Below, one piece after another: positions 24,490-36,380 of a DNA stretch of 64,000 bases. A model generated the notes under the pieces. It searched no databases and had not been told where the DNA came from. It worked only from the letters and a program-made list of their open reading frames with translations. A program made the translations under genes and the position numbers. Every line of letters begins with the position of its first letter. Positions within the stretch are counted from its first letter, which is position 1. The stretch is from assembly GCF_988242995.1 (NCBI RefSeq), contig NZ_OZ547043.1; one strand, given 5' to 3'.

Positions 24490-25890
24490 TTAGAAGCTGG
24501 CGTTACGTGGAGTACGTGGGAACGGAATCACATCACGCACGTTTTGCACGCCTGTTACGTAAGCAATCAGGCGTTCAAAACCAAGACCGAAACCGGAATG
24601 CGGAACAGTACCGTAGCGACGCAGATCGCGATACCACCAGTAATCTTCTTTGTTCAGGCCCATTTCCAGCATACGCTCGTCCAGCACGTCCAGACGCTCT
24701 TCACGCTGGGAGCCACCAATGATCTCACCGATGCCCGGAGCCAGAACGTCCATAGCCGCAACGGTTTTACCGTCTTCGTTAAGGCGCATATAGAACGCTT
24801 TAATATCTTTCGGATAGTTTTTAACCACTACCGGTGCTTTAAAGTGTTCTTCCGCCAGATAACGCTCATGCTCAGAAGAGAGATCGACGCCCCAGTAAAC
24901 CGGGTTTTCAAACTTCCTGCCGCAGTTTTCGAGAATGGTCACTGCGTCGGTGTAATCCACCTGCGCGAAATCGGCCTCAATAAAGCGTTCCAGACGTGAA
25001 ACGGCATCTTTATCTACGCGTTCAGCGAAGAATTTCATGTCGTCAGCGCGTTCTTCGAGAACCGCTTTGAAGACATATTTCAGCATGGCTTCAGCCAGAC
25101 CCGCAATATCGTTCAGGTTAGCAAACGCCACTTCCGGCTCCAGCATCCAGAATTCCGCCAGGTGACGGCTGGTGTTGGAGTTTTCAGCACGGAAAGTCGG
25201 GCCGAAGGTATAAATTTTGGACAATGCGCAAGCGTAGGTTTCGCCGTTCAACTGGCCAGATACGGTCAGGAAAGACTCTTTACCAAAGAAGTCTTTGTCG
25301 AAATCCACTTTGCCCTGATCGTTACGCGGCAGGTTTTCCAGATCCAGCGTAGAAACGCGGAACATTTCGCCAGCCCCTTCGGTATCAGACGCAGTAATCA
25401 GTGGCGTTGAAACCCAGAAGAATCCCTGCTCGTTAAAGAAGCGATGCAGCGCCTGCGCCAGCGTATGGCGAACGCGCGCGACGGCACCAATCAGGTTTGT
25501 GCGCGGACGCAGGTGAGCGACTTCACGCAGATACTCAATGCTGTGGCGTTTTGCCGCCATCGGGTAAGTGTCTGGATCTTCAACCCAACCAGCAACTTCA
25601 ACCTTGCTGGCCTGAATTTCAAATTGTTGCCCCTGGCCCGGCGATGCCACGACTTTACCCGTCACAATGACCGAGCAACCGGTGGTCAGACGCAGGACGT
25701 CTTCATTGTAATTGGGCAGAGAATTATTGATGACAGCCTGTACAGGATCAAAGCAGGAACCGTCATAAACGGCGAGGAAGGAGATGCCAGCTTTTGAATC
25801 TCGGCGGGTACGTACCCATCCGCGCACGGTGACTTCGCTGTCAACGGCTACGCGGCCCTGGAGTACGTCGGCTACAGGCACAACGCTCAT
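24490..25890 (-). CDS. asnS: Asparaginyl-tRNA synthetase AsnS
   Basis: 466 aa from MSVVPVADV (track ORF has 15-codon upstream extension); class II aaRS motifs. Confidence 0.96.
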
Positions 25891-26024
25891 AATATTCTCT
25901 CTGTTAATAGTCGGAAAAAATAAACACTTGTCCACCCGTAAATGGGGGGATACCTATGTTACCTGGCATCTGCAATCAGACAAGCAGAATTCGCAAATGC
26001 AGCGAAAGATTTCGGAATTAAAGG

Positions 26025-26050
26025 TAAAAAAAGGGAGCCGATTAGCTCCC
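26025..26050 (-). terminator. Rho-independent terminator of pncB
   Basis: gggagc-cgatta-gctccc hairpin followed on minus strand by T8. Confidence 0.8.
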
Positions 26051-26058
26051 TGATGATA

Positions 26059-27261
26059 TTAACTGGCTTTTTTAATATGCGGAAGGTCGAACGCTTTGCG
26101 CAGCGCCCGAACAAACGCTTTATCGTGGCAGATAGTTTTGCCAGGGCTGTCAGAAAGTTTCGCCACCGGTTTACCGTTACACTCTACCAACTTAATGACA
26201 ATATTCAGGGGTTTTACCTGGGGGATATCGCAGGTCAGGCGAGTCCCAATACCAAAACTTAATTGCACGCGGGAAGAGAAATGGCGGTATAGCTCAACCG
26301 CTTTGCGTAAATCCAGATTGTCAGAGAAAACCAGCGTTTTACTCTGTGGATCAATTCCCAGCTTCTCATAATGTGCAATGGCTTTTTCACCCCATTCAAC
26401 CGGGTCGCCGGAGTCATGACGCAGGCCCTGATAGCGACTGGCGAACTCGACACCGAAATCACGCAGGAAAGCATCCATAGTGATGCAGTCGGTTAATGCA
26501 ATGCCAAGTTGGTCGGGATATTCTTCCAGCCAGGCAGCAAGTGCAGCTCGCTGGCTGTTGGCTAGATCCGGGCTGATTTGCTGATGCGCCTGGAACCATT
26601 CGTGTGCCTGTGTTCCCATCGGCGTGAGGGAAAGCCGACGCGCCAGATCGTAGTTGCTGGTGCCCACGAACCAGGATTCCTGTTGCAGACGTTTCACGAT
26701 GGTTTCTTGTACTTCACGAGAAAAACGTCGGCGGGTGCCAAAATCCATCAGATGGAAGCGCGACATATCAAGACCGGCGGTTAATGCCGAGAAGTCGGCT
26801 AATTTGCTTTCCAGCGTGTCGAGGGCTTGCGCAACGTCGGCCTGCGGTGAGCGATAGCGATGTACCATTTCACTGATAACCGCCAGCAAAGGAACTTCCC
26901 AGAGGATGACTTCACGCCACGGGCCGCTTAAACGAATATCCAGCTTGCCATTATCGTTGGACACGGTGACTTGTTCCGGGTTAAAGCGGAACTCGCGTAG
27001 CCAGTTAAGATAGTCGGCCTTAAAGAAAGGCAGGGCTGAGAGCCATTGATATTCATCATCCTGCAGGCGCAGGTGCTGCATCGCCTGAACCTGTTCACGA
27101 ATAGCATCGGCATAAATACCCAGCAGATCGTCACCTCGGCAACGAAACTCCGCCGCGACATGCACATCGTAATAGTGATGAAACACGGCTTGCTGCATAT
27201 GCAACTTATAAGCATCTGTATCCAGCAACGAGTGCAGAACAGGAGAAGCGAATTGTGTCAT
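26059..27261 (-). CDS. pncB: Nicotinate phosphoribosyltransferase PncB
   Basis: 400 aa from [19 protein letters not shown]; track start trimmed by 16 codons. Confidence 0.95.
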   Translation of the reverse strand: MTQFASPVLHSLLDTDAYKLHMQQAVFHHYYDVHVAAEFRCRGDDLLGIYADAIREQVQAMQHLRLQDDEYQWLSALPFFKADYLNWLREFRFNPEQVTVSNDNGKLDIRLSGPWREVILWEVPLLAVISEMVHRYRSPQADVAQALDTLESKLADFSALTAGLDMSRFHLMDFGTRRRFSREVQETIVKRLQQESWFVGTSNYDLARRLSLTPMGTQAHEWFQAHQQISPDLANSQRAALAAWLEEYPDQLGIALTDCITMDAFLRDFGVEFASRYQGLRHDSGDPVEWGEKAIAHYEKLGIDPQSKTLVFSDNLDLRKAVELYRHFSSRVQLSFGIGTRLTCDIPQVKPLNIVIKLVECNGKPVAKLSDSPGKTICHDKAFVRALRKAFDLPHIKKAS

Positions 27262-27290
27262 AGGTGCGCAGTAGCGTCCTCGTACAGGAG

Positions 27291-27308
27291 CGTTTAGTAC
27301 AATAAACA
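27291..27308. promoter_or_regulatory. Candidate NadR operator (NAD box) upstream of pncB
   Basis: cGTTTA-gtacaa-TAAACA fits TGTTTA-N6-TAAACA at 17/18; 30-47 bp upstream of pncB ATG. Confidence 0.5.
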
Positions 27309-27526
27309 TCTTCAGGAACTGCTGGAGTATACCTTGTTTCGCAATTTATTGAACCCCGATCACACCATATGCCACCTTTCTGGTCGATGGCATTACGCGG
27401 TGCATGTTATAAAAATGTAGCAATAAAGGCGTTTGTACCTGAAAAGATGAAGATTCTGCATAGCGCGATTTACGCAACAGGAATAGACTGAACACCAGAC
27501 TCTATAAAAGATGCTAAAGGTTATTT

Positions 27527-30139
27527 ATGACTCAACAGCCACAAGCCAAATACCGTCACGATTATCGTGCGCCGGATTACCAGATTACTGATATTGACTT
27601 GACCTTTGACCTGGACGCGCAAAAGACGGTCGTTACCGCGGTCAGCCAGGCTGTCCGTAATGGTGCATCAGATGCTCCGCTTCGTCTTGATGGCGAAGAT
27701 CTTAAACTGGTTTCTGTTCATATTAATGATGAGCCGTGGACCGCCTGGAAAGAAGAAGAGGGCGCACTGGTCATCAGTAATTTGCCGGAGCGTTTTACGC
27801 TTAAGATCGTTAATGAAATTAGCCCGGCGACGAATACCGCGCTGGAAGGGCTTTATCAGTCAGGCGATGCGCTTTGCACTCAGTGTGAAGCCGAAGGTTT
27901 CCGCCATATTACGTATTATCTTGACCGCCCGGACGTACTGGCGCGTTTTACCACCAAAATTATTGCCGATAAAACCAAATATCCCTTCCTGCTTTCCAAC
28001 GGTAACCGCGTTGCGCAAGGCGAACTGGAAAACGGACGTCATTGGGTACAGTGGCAGGACCCGTTCCCGAAACCGTGCTACCTGTTTGCGTTGGTGGCAG
28101 GCGACTTCGACGTGCTGCGCGACACCTTCACCACGCGTTCTGGTCGCGAAGTGGCGCTGGAGCTGTACGTCGATCGCGGCAACCTTGATCGTGCGCCGTG
28201 GGCGATGACCTCGCTGAAAAACTCCATGAAATGGGATGAAGAACGCTTCGGCCTGGAGTATGACCTCGACATCTATATGATCGTCGCGGTGGATTTCTTC
28301 AATATGGGCGCAATGGAGAATAAAGGTCTGAATATCTTTAACTCCAAATATGTGCTGGCCCGTACCGACACCGCCACCGATAAAGATTACCTCGATATTG
28401 AGCGTGTTATTGGTCACGAATATTTCCACAACTGGACCGGTAACCGTGTGACCTGCCGCGACTGGTTCCAGCTCAGCCTGAAAGAAGGTTTAACCGTGTT
28501 CCGCGATCAGGAGTTCAGCTCTGACCTTGGTTCCCGCGCGGTAAACCGTATCAACAACGTGCGCACCATGCGCGGATTGCAGTTTGCGGAAGACGCCAGC
28601 CCGATGGCGCACCCGATCCGCCCGGATATGGTCATTGAGATGAACAACTTCTACACCCTGACCGTTTACGAGAAGGGCGCGGAAGTGATTCGCATGATCC
28701 ACACCCTGCTGGGCGAAGAAAACTTCCAGAAAGGGATGCAGCTTTATTTCGAGCGTCATGATGGTAGTGCAGCGACCTGTGACGACTTTGTGCAGGCGAT
28801 GGAAGATGCATCGAATGTCGATCTCTCTCATTTCCGCCGTTGGTACAGCCAGTCCGGTACGCCGGTTGTGACCGTCAAAGACGACTACAATCCAGAAACC
28901 GAGCAGTACACCCTGACCATCAGCCAGCGCACGCCAGCTACGCCGGATCAGGCAGAAAAACAGCCGCTGCATATTCCGTTTGCCATCGAACTGTATGATA
29001 ACGAAGGCAAAGTGATCCCGTTGCAGAAAGGCGGTCATCCGGTCAATTCGGTGCTGAACGTCACCCAGGCGGAACAGACCTTTGTCTTTGATAATGTCTA
29101 CTTCCAGCCGGTGCCTGCGCTGCTGTGCGAATTCTCTGCGCCAGTGAAACTGGAATATAAGTGGAGCGATCAGCAACTGACCTTCCTGATGCGTCATGCG
29201 CGTAATGATTTCTCCCGCTGGGATGCGGCGCAAAGCCTGCTGGCAACCTACATCAAGCTGAACGTCGCGCGTCATCAGCAAGGGCAGCCGCTGTCTCTGC
29301 CGGTGCATGTGGCTGACGCTTTCCGCGCGGTGCTGCTTGATGAGAAGATTGATCCGGCACTGGCGGCAGAAATCCTGACGCTGCCTTCCGTCAATGAAAT
29401 GGCAGAACTGTTCGATATCATCGACCCGATTGCTATTGCTGAAGTACGCGAAGCACTCACTCGTACTCTGGCGACTGAACTGGCGGATGAGCTACTGGCT
29501 ATTTACAACGCGAATTACCAGAGCGAGTACCGTGTTGAGCATGAAGATATTGCAAAACGCACTCTGCGTAATGCCTGCCTGCGCTTCCTTGCTTTTGGTG
29601 AAACGCATCTGGCTGACGTGCTGGTGAGCAAGCAATACCATGAAGCAAACAATATGACCGATGCGCTGGCAGCGCTTTCTGCGGCGGTTGCTGCACAGCT
29701 GCCTTGCCGTGACGCGCTGATGCAGGAGTACGACGACAAGTGGCATCAGGATGGTCTGGTGATGGATAAATGGTTTATCCTGCAAGCCACCAGCCCGGCG
29801 GCGAATGTGCTGGAGACGGTGCGTGGCCTGTTGCAGCATCGCTCATTTACCATGAGCAACCCGAACCGTATTCGTTCGTTGATTGGTGCGTTTGCGGGCA
29901 GCAACCCGGCAGCGTTCCATGCCGAAGATGGCAGCGGTTACCAGTTCCTGGTGGAAATGCTAACCGATCTCAACAGCCGTAACCCGCAGGTGGCTTCACG
30001 CCTGATTGAGCCGCTGATTCGCCTGAAACGTTACGATGCCAAACGTCAGGAGAAAATGCGCGCGGCGCTGGAGCAGTTGAAAGGGCTGGAAAATCTCTCT
30101 GGCGATCTGTACGAGAAGATAACTAAAGCACTGGCTTGA
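27527..30139 (+). CDS. pepN: Aminopeptidase N (M1 family)
   Basis: 870 aa; GAMEN motif and zinc site HEYFHNWTGN...E. Confidence 0.97.
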   Translation: MTQQPQAKYRHDYRAPDYQITDIDLTFDLDAQKTVVTAVSQAVRNGASDAPLRLDGEDLKLVSVHINDEPWTAWKEEEGALVISNLPERFTLKIVNEISPATNTALEGLYQSGDALCTQCEAEGFRHITYYLDRPDVLARFTTKIIADKTKYPFLLSNGNRVAQGELENGRHWVQWQDPFPKPCYLFALVAGDFDVLRDTFTTRSGREVALELYVDRGNLDRAPWAMTSLKNSMKWDEERFGLEYDLDIYMIVAVDFFNMGAMENKGLNIFNSKYVLARTDTATDKDYLDIERVIGHEYFHNWTGNRVTCRDWFQLSLKEGLTVFRDQEFSSDLGSRAVNRINNVRTMRGLQFAEDASPMAHPIRPDMVIEMNNFYTLTVYEKGAEVIRMIHTLLGEENFQKGMQLYFERHDGSAATCDDFVQAMEDASNVDLSHFRRWYSQSGTPVVTVKDDYNPETEQYTLTISQRTPATPDQAEKQPLHIPFAIELYDNEGKVIPLQKGGHPVNSVLNVTQAEQTFVFDNVYFQPVPALLCEFSAPVKLEYKWSDQQLTFLMRHARNDFSRWDAAQSLLATYIKLNVARHQQGQPLSLPVHVADAFRAVLLDEKIDPALAAEILTLPSVNEMAELFDIIDPIAIAEVREALTRTLATELADELLAIYNANYQSEYRVEHEDIAKRTLRNACLRFLAFGETHLADVLVSKQYHEANNMTDALAALSAAVAAQLPCRDALMQEYDDKWHQDGLVMDKWFILQATSPAANVLETVRGLLQHRSFTMSNPNRIRSLIGAFAGSNPAAFHAEDGSGYQFLVEMLTDLNSRNPQVASRLIEPLIRLKRYDAKRQEKMRAALEQLKGLENLSGDLYEKITKALA

Positions 30140-30147
30140 TAAATAAC

Positions 30148-30175
30148 CGAATGGCGGCAATAGCGCCGCCATTCG
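30148..30175. terminator. Hairpin between convergent pepN and ssuB, probable terminator
   Basis: cgaatggcggc-aatagc-gccgccattcg perfect 11-bp stem; T-run weak. Confidence 0.5.
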
Positions 30176-30180
30176 GGAAT

Positions 30181-30948
30181 TTACCCCTGTTTTCTCAGGC
30201 GAGTTTCAGATTCACCACGCTGCATCACCCGTTGCAACACTTCCGCTTCCAGCTCCGCTAATCGCACCGACCCTAACCGGCGCGGACGGGGGATATCCAC
30301 CGTCAAATCCAGACCAATTTTTCCCTCTTCAATTAACAACACCCGGTCAGCCATTGCTACCGCTTCGCTCACATCATGCGTCACCAACAGTACGGTAAAG
30401 CCGTGCTCCTGCCAAAGTGACACAATCAAATCCTGCATCTCGAGCCGAGTCAGGGCGTCCAGCGCCCCGAGCGGTTCATCAAGCAATAATAAACCCGGTC
30501 GATGAATCAACGCTCTTGCCAGCGCCACTCGCTGTTTCTGCCCGCCTGAAAGTGCGGCAGGCCATTCCCCTGCGCGATTCTCCAGTCCTACTGCAGCCAA
30601 CGCCCGACGCGCGGCATCGCGCCACTGGCCTTTAAGGCCTAACCCAACGTTATCAATCACCGATTTCCACGGCAGCAGACGCGCATCCTGAAACATCATT
30701 CGCGTGTCTTCCTGAATCTCAGCCAGCGGTGTGGAACCCGCTAACACATCGCCAGCGGTTGGCGTTTCCAGACCTGCCAGCAGGCGCAGCAGGGTACTTT
30801 TGCCACCACCGCTGCGGCCCACCACCGCCACAAACTGACCAGCCGGAATATGTAAATCCAGTTGGTTCAGGACGATATTTTCCGCGTAATGTTTGCTTAC
30901 TGCATTGAGCAACAATGGTGTGCCCTGGTTCAGACGAGCAGTATTCAT
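30181..30948 (-). CDS. ssuB: Aliphatic sulfonate ABC transporter ATP-binding protein SsuB
   Basis: 255 aa; Walker [10 protein letters not shown], signature [15 protein letters not shown]. Confidence 0.95.
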   Translation of the reverse strand: MNTARLNQGTPLLLNAVSKHYAENIVLNQLDLHIPAGQFVAVVGRSGGGKSTLLRLLAGLETPTAGDVLAGSTPLAEIQEDTRMMFQDARLLPWKSVIDNVGLGLKGQWRDAARRALAAVGLENRAGEWPAALSGGQKQRVALARALIHRPGLLLLDEPLGALDALTRLEMQDLIVSLWQEHGFTVLLVTHDVSEAVAMADRVLLIEEGKIGLDLTVDIPRPRRLGSVRLAELEAEVLQRVMQRGESETRLRKQG

Positions 30949-31736
30949 ACCGTGGCCTCCTTCAAATGATAAGCCGGGTTCCAGCGCAACCAGAGGCGCT
31001 CTAACAGCTGCGCGCTGACGTCAGCCAGTTTGCCGAGCAGGGCGTAAAGAATAATGGCGACCACCACCACGTCCGTTTGCAAAAACTCCCGCGCATTCAT
31101 CGCCAGATAACCAATGCCGGAATTGGCAGAAATGGTTTCGGCAACAATCAACGTCAGCCACATCAGGCCCAATGCAAAACGCACGCCGACCATAATTGAG
31201 GGCAGGGCACCAGGCAGGATCACATGGATAAACAGCGGTATGCCGGATAATCCATAGCTACGCGCCATTTCCACCAGACCGCGATCGATATTACGGATGC
31301 CGTGCCAGGTGTTGATATAAATGGGGAATAGCGTGCCGAGCGCCACCAGAAAGATTTTTGCGGATTCATCAATGCCAAACCACAAAATCACCAGCGGGAT
31401 CAGCGCCAGATGCGGCACGTTACGCAACATCTGAATGGAGGTATCCAGCAGCCGTTCTCCCCAGCGAGATAGCCCGCTAATCAGTCCCAAAATCAACCCC
31501 AGCGATCCGCCAATTGAAAAGCCAATGAGCGCCCGCCAGGAGCTGATCGCCAGATGCTGCCACAATTCGCCGCTGGCGGAGAGCGTCCAGAACGCCATCA
31601 CCACTCCTTCCGGTGAGGGCAAAATACGCGTTGACAGCCAGCCAACTGAGGAGGCCAGTTGCCACACCGCCACGATGCCCACCGGTAAAAACCAGGGGGC
31701 AACGCGCAATAACCACTTTTTCACTGGCGTTGCCAT
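30945..31736 (-). CDS. ssuC: Aliphatic sulfonate ABC transporter permease SsuC
   Basis: 263 aa polytopic membrane protein; overlaps ssuB start. Confidence 0.94.
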   Translation of the reverse strand: MATPVKKWLLRVAPWFLPVGIVAVWQLASSVGWLSTRILPSPEGVVMAFWTLSASGELWQHLAISSWRALIGFSIGGSLGLILGLISGLSRWGERLLDTSIQMLRNVPHLALIPLVILWFGIDESAKIFLVALGTLFPIYINTWHGIRNIDRGLVEMARSYGLSGIPLFIHVILPGALPSIMVGVRFALGLMWLTLIVAETISANSGIGYLAMNAREFLQTDVVVVAIILYALLGKLADVSAQLLERLWLRWNPAYHLKEATV

Positions 31737-31747
31737 TATCGTATTCC

Positions 31748-32893
31748 TTAGCTTTGCGCGACTTTACGGGGGATAAAATCATTTGCCACCGCTTCGCCTT
31801 GCAGATTCAGCGGTTGTGGCTGGGGTATTTCCGGGATGGCAACATCCAGATGCGGAAACAGCAACTCGCCAACCCGATACGCTTCTTCCAGATGCGGGTA
31901 GCCCGAAAGCACAAAACTGTCGATGCCAAGTGCAGCGTATTCGTTGATTCGCGCGGCGACCGTCGGACCATCGCCCACCAGCGCCGTCCCGGCACCGCCG
32001 CGCACTAAGCCAACGCCCGCCCATAAATTGGGGCTGATCTCCAGATTGTCGCGCTTGCCGTTATGTAACGCCGCCATCCGCTGTTGTCCTACGGAATCCG
32101 TCCGGGCGAATGCGGCCTGTGCTTTGGCGATAGTCTCATCATCAAGATGCGAGATTAACCGCTCGGCGGCCTGCCACGCTTCGTCGTTAGTTTCACGAAC
32201 AATCACATGCAGGCGAATACCGAAACGAATTTTGCGTCCATGCGCGGCAGCTTTCGCCCGCACTTGTTCGATTTTCTCTTTAACCAGTTCCGGCGGTTCG
32301 CCCCAGGTGAGGTAGAGATCAACTTGTTCTGCCGCCAGCTCCTGGGCGACATCTGACGATCCGCCAAAGTAAAGCGGAGGATACGGCTGTTGAATCGGCG
32401 GGAAGAGTAGTTTGGCTCCGCGCACATGAATATGTTTACCGTTGAAATCGACGGTTTCTCCCTGCAATAAACGTCGCCAGACCTGGGTAAATTCCGCCGA
32501 GGCTTCGTAGCGCTCGCTATGGTCGAGGAACACGCCGTCGCTTGCCAGCTCTTGTGGATCGCTGCCTGTGACCAGATTAAACAACGCACGACCATTCGAG
32601 AGACGGTCAAGCGTGGCGGCCTGGCGGGCGGCAACGGTAGGTGAGGTTACGCTGGGACGCAGGGCGACAAGAAACTTCAGCCGCTGCGTCACCGGGATCA
32701 TCGACGCCGCCACCAGCCACGCATCTTCACACGATCGTCCTGTTGGGATCAGTACACCGGTATAACCCAGACGATCCGCCGCTTGCGCAATTTGTTGCAG
32801 ATAACCGTGATCAACCGGACGTGAACCTTCTTCCGTTCCCAGATAGTGCCCGTCACCATGGGTCGGTAAAAACCAGAACATATTCAGACTCAT
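31748..32893 (-). CDS. ssuD: FMNH2-dependent alkanesulfonate monooxygenase SsuD
   Basis: 381 aa; luciferase-like monooxygenase; begins [19 protein letters not shown]. Confidence 0.95.
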   Translation of the reverse strand: MSLNMFWFLPTHGDGHYLGTEEGSRPVDHGYLQQIAQAADRLGYTGVLIPTGRSCEDAWLVAASMIPVTQRLKFLVALRPSVTSPTVAARQAATLDRLSNGRALFNLVTGSDPQELASDGVFLDHSERYEASAEFTQVWRRLLQGETVDFNGKHIHVRGAKLLFPPIQQPYPPLYFGGSSDVAQELAAEQVDLYLTWGEPPELVKEKIEQVRAKAAAHGRKIRFGIRLHVIVRETNDEAWQAAERLISHLDDETIAKAQAAFARTDSVGQQRMAALHNGKRDNLEISPNLWAGVGLVRGGAGTALVGDGPTVAARINEYAALGIDSFVLSGYPHLEEAYRVGELLFPHLDVAIPEIPQPQPLNLQGEAVANDFIPRKVAQS

Positions 32894-33849
32894 AATTGTT
32901 TTCCTTCCAGTTGAGTGGGCTGCCAGATGCGCTGGCGAATATCGACTTTTTTAGGCACCAGACGATTTTCATAAAACAGATCTGCCGTTTGCTGCTGTAA
33001 GGCGGCAACTTCGGCGTTAACCGGTTTGATGGTGGTAGGGGGGCGATGATCTAAATAAGAGGCAATCACCGGGGCCGGTAAGCCCATCGTTTTTGCCAGT
33101 AAAGCGATGCTTTGCTCGCGCTGGCTGCGGGTTAACGCATCGGCCTCACTAAAGGTTGCCAATACGCCCTGAATAAAAGCACCGTTTTTTTCTGCATACG
33201 GACGGGCAGCCAGATAAAACGATCCGGTCTGATTGAGATCGGTGCCGTCTTTTAGCACCCGCACGCCGCCCTGTAATAATGCAGCGGAGTAGTAGGGATC
33301 CCAGATAGCCCAGGCGTCGACGTTACCTTGCTGGAACGCGGCGCGGGCATCGGCAGGTGTCAGGTAAGTGGGCTGGATATCCGTGAATTTAAGCCCGGCC
33401 TGGCGTAGTGCGCGTAGTAAAAGATTGTGCGAGCTGGAACCTTTCTGAAAGGCAACTTTGTGACCTTTAAGATCGGCTACGGTTTTGATCGGGCTGTTAT
33501 CTGCCACCAGAATCACTTCGGCTTTGGGCTTCGGCGGCTCGACGCCCACGTATACCAAATCAGCCCCGGCAGCCTGGGCAAAGATTGGCGGAATATCCCC
33601 GGTACTGCCGAGATCAATACTGCCAACGTTTAACGCCTCCAGCATCTGTGGGCCAGCCGGGAACTCCACCCAGGAGATTTTGGTTTGCAGATAGCGTTTT
33701 TCCAGTAACTGGTGGCTTTTTGCCAGCACCATACCAATACTGCCTTTCTGATAGCCTATACGTAACGCTTCAGGAGAGGATTCTGCAGCAACCGCAATCG
33801 TAGAGACGCTAAGTAAGCCCGCCAGCGCCAGTTGAATGATGTTACGCAT
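32890..33849 (-). CDS. ssuA: Aliphatic sulfonate periplasmic binding protein SsuA
   Basis: 319 aa from [15 protein letters not shown] (signal peptide); track ORF over-extended upstream into ssuE. Confidence 0.9.
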   Translation of the reverse strand: MRNIIQLALAGLLSVSTIAVAAESSPEALRIGYQKGSIGMVLAKSHQLLEKRYLQTKISWVEFPAGPQMLEALNVGSIDLGSTGDIPPIFAQAAGADLVYVGVEPPKPKAEVILVADNSPIKTVADLKGHKVAFQKGSSSHNLLLRALRQAGLKFTDIQPTYLTPADARAAFQQGNVDAWAIWDPYYSAALLQGGVRVLKDGTDLNQTGSFYLAARPYAEKNGAFIQGVLATFSEADALTRSQREQSIALLAKTMGLPAPVIASYLDHRPPTTIKPVNAEVAALQQQTADLFYENRLVPKKVDIRQRIWQPTQLEGKQL

Positions 33850-34417
33850 GGGCATTACCTCGCAGAGACAGAAGATCGGGAACCTGAACATCGCGGCGGT
33901 GCAGCGCCTGCCAGAAAGTTTCCAGCGCGGTATCAAGACGGGTTTGCAGATTTGGCGTGAACTGCGGCTTGTGGTGGTAATCAATCACCTGTGAGTCATC
34001 GGCAAACACGCCGTGCAGGATCTCCTGGGCTTTCAGCGCACTTAAAACTGGTTTAAGGGCGTAATCGACCGCCAGCAGATGAGCCACCGTGCCGCCCGTC
34101 GCCAGTGGCAGTACCACTTTGCCTTGCAAAGCGCGTTCTGGCAGCAGGTCGAGCAGGGTTTTCAGCGCGCCGGAATAGGCGGCTTTATACACAGGTGTAG
34201 CGATTATCAGTCCATCGGCCTGTTGCAGTTGTTCGGTGAAGGTCTTGAGTGCCGGACTATCGAAACGAGCATAAAGCAGATCTTCCGGGGCAAAGTTTTG
34301 CAGATTCCAGTGATAAACCTCTACATCCAGGCCATTCAGTTTTTCCCGCGCATATTCCAGCAAGGAGCTGGAGCGAGAAGGAAAGCGAGGACTACCCGCC
34401 AGGGTGATGACACGCAT
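33842..34417 (-). CDS. ssuE: NADPH-dependent FMN reductase SsuE
   Basis: 191 aa; first gene of ssuEADCB; overlaps ssuA start by 8 bp. Confidence 0.94.
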   Translation of the reverse strand: MRVITLAGSPRFPSRSSSLLEYAREKLNGLDVEVYHWNLQNFAPEDLLYARFDSPALKTFTEQLQQADGLIIATPVYKAAYSGALKTLLDLLPERALQGKVVLPLATGGTVAHLLAVDYALKPVLSALKAQEILHGVFADDSQVIDYHHKPQFTPNLQTRLDTALETFWQALHRRDVQVPDLLSLRGNAHA

Positions 34418-34553
34418 ACTCTCTCCTTATAACCAATTGTTCTTTTTTTGTTAACATTGATAGCAATTCGGTCAGTCTGACAGAGGTGGCCCGCGAGTCG
34501 AAATGATTTATCTGAGGAAGAAAAGCCAAAAAAAGCATAAAAAAAGCGCAATA

Positions 34554-34569
34554 AGAAAACGTTTGCTAT
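34554..34569. promoter_or_regulatory. Candidate PurR box in pyrD upstream region
   Basis: agaaAAACGTTTgcta contains the central AAACGTTT core of the PurR operator consensus; about 85 bp upstream of pyrD ATG. Confidence 0.4.
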
Positions 34570-34653
34570 TTATTGCCACAGGTCAATTCCCTTTTGGTCC
34601 GAACTCGCACATAATACGCCCCCGGTTTGCACACCGGGAATCCAGGAGAGTTC

Positions 34654-35664
34654 ATGTACTACCCCTTCGTTCGTAAAGCCCTTTTCCAGCTCGATCCAGA
34701 GCGCGCTCATGAGTTTACTTTTCAGCAATTACGCCGTATTACAGGAACGCCGTTTGAAGCACTGGTGCGGCAGAAAGTGCCTGCGAAACCTGTTAACTGC
34801 ATGGGCCTGACGTTTAAAAATCCGCTTGGTCTGGCAGCCGGTCTTGATAAAGACGGGGAGTGCATTGACGCGTTAGGCGCGATGGGATTTGGATCGATCG
34901 AGATCGGTACCGTCACGCCACGTCCACAGCCAGGTAATGACAAGCCGCGTCTCTTTCGTCTGGTAGATGCCGAAGGTTTGATCAACCGTATGGGCTTTAA
35001 TAATCTTGGCGTTGATAACCTCGTAGAGAACGTAAAAAAAGCCCATTATGATGGCGTCCTGGGTATTAACATCGGCAAAAATAAAGATACGCCGGTGGAG
35101 CAGGGTAAAGATGACTATCTGATTTGTATGGAAAAAATCTATGCTTATGCGGGATATATCGCCATCAATATTTCATCGCCGAATACACCGGGATTACGTA
35201 CTCTGCAATATGGCGAAGCGCTGGATGATCTCTTAACCGCGATTAAAAATAAGCAAAATGATTTGCAAGCGATGCACCATAAATATGTGCCGATCGCAGT
35301 GAAGATCGCGCCGGATCTTTCTGAAGAAGAATTGATCCAGGTTGCCGATAGTTTAGTTCGCCATAATATTGATGGCGTTATTGCAACCAATACCACACTC
35401 GATCGTTCTCTGGTTCAGGGAATGAAAAATTGTGATCAAACCGGTGGCTTAAGTGGTCGTCCGCTTCAGTTAAAAAGCACCGAAATTATTCGCCGTTTAT
35501 CACAGGAATTAAATGGTCGCTTACCGATCATCGGTGTTGGCGGCATCGACTCGGTTATCGCTGCGCGTGAAAAGATTGCTGCGGGGGCCTCACTGGTGCA
35601 AATCTATTCTGGTTTTATTTTTAAAGGTCCGCCGCTGATTAAAGAAATCGTTACCCATATCTAA
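34654..35664 (+). CDS. pyrD: Dihydroorotate dehydrogenase (quinone) PyrD
   Basis: 336 aa from [11 protein letters not shown]; track ORF starts 9 codons upstream. Confidence 0.96.
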   Translation: MYYPFVRKALFQLDPERAHEFTFQQLRRITGTPFEALVRQKVPAKPVNCMGLTFKNPLGLAAGLDKDGECIDALGAMGFGSIEIGTVTPRPQPGNDKPRLFRLVDAEGLINRMGFNNLGVDNLVENVKKAHYDGVLGINIGKNKDTPVEQGKDDYLICMEKIYAYAGYIAINISSPNTPGLRTLQYGEALDDLLTAIKNKQNDLQAMHHKYVPIAVKIAPDLSEEELIQVADSLVRHNIDGVIATNTTLDRSLVQGMKNCDQTGGLSGRPLQLKSTEIIRRLSQELNGRLPIIGVGGIDSVIAAREKIAAGASLVQIYSGFIFKGPPLIKEIVTHI

Positions 35665-35696
35665 TTATTTCTTCGAATTCCTCTTTATAAGATAAT

Positions 35697-35727
35697 CAGG
35701 GCTTTATTTTAAGCCCTGGTTGTTTTA
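35697..35727 (+). terminator. Rho-independent terminator after pyrD
   Basis: cagggctt-tatttta-agccctg hairpin followed by T-rich tract. Confidence 0.75.
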
Positions 35728-35837
35728 TATTCATCACTGTTGCTTATTTAGACATTTTGTACTTTTATTGTTGAGGTTATTAAGCGAAGCGACAATGGAT
35801 TGTGTTGCTGCGGTTTTATAGGGTAGGGGAGAGGCAA

Positions 35838-36380
35838 ATGCGAATTAAACCAGATGATAACTGGCGTTGGTATTACGATGAAGAGCACGATCGAATGATG
35901 CTCGATTTAGCCAATGGTATGCTATTTCGCTCACGTTTTGCGCGCAAAATGTTGACTCCAGATGCCTTTTCTCCCGCAGGCTTTTGCGTTGACGACGCCG
36001 CGCTCTATTTCTCATTTGAAGAAAAATGCCGCGATTTTAATTTATCTAAAGAACAAAAAGCCGAACTGGTGCTTAATGCGCTGGTAGCAATTCGTTATCT
36101 CAAACCGCAAATGCCGAAAAGCTGGCATTTTGTTTCCCATGGTGAAATGTGGGTGCCAATGCCGGGCGATGCGGCCTGCGTTTGGTTGAGCGACACTCAC
36201 GAGCAAGTCAATTTGCTGGTCGTTGAATCTGGCGAAAATGCCGCACTATGCCTGCTGGCACAACCCTGCGTTGTTATTGCGGGTCGCGCGATGCAGCTGG
36301 GCGACGCCATCAAAATCATGAACGACAGGCTGAAACCGCAGGTGAATGTTGACAGCTTCAGCCTCGAACAGGCAGTCTAA
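35838..36380 (+). CDS. zapC: Cell division protein ZapC (YcbW)
   Basis: 180 aa from [24 protein letters not shown]; 4-bp overlap with convergent ycbX. Confidence 0.92.
   Translation: MRIKPDDNWRWYYDEEHDRMMLDLANGMLFRSRFARKMLTPDAFSPAGFCVDDAALYFSFEEKCRDFNLSKEQKAELVLNALVAIRYLKPQMPKSWHFVSHGEMWVPMPGDAACVWLSDTHEQVNLLVVESGENAALCLLAQPCVVIAGRAMQLGDAIKIMNDRLKPQVNVDSFSLEQAV

Noticed and set aside
33850-33984. N-terminal extensions in the ORF track (ssuA here; also asnS, pncB, fabA, ompA, helD, mgsA, yccU, hspQ, tusE, yccX, hyaA, pqiB, pyrD, zapC)
   Set aside because: Each has an internal ATG that gives the expected N-terminus or signal peptide. The upstream extensions overlap neighbouring genes or promoters, so I trimmed the starts.
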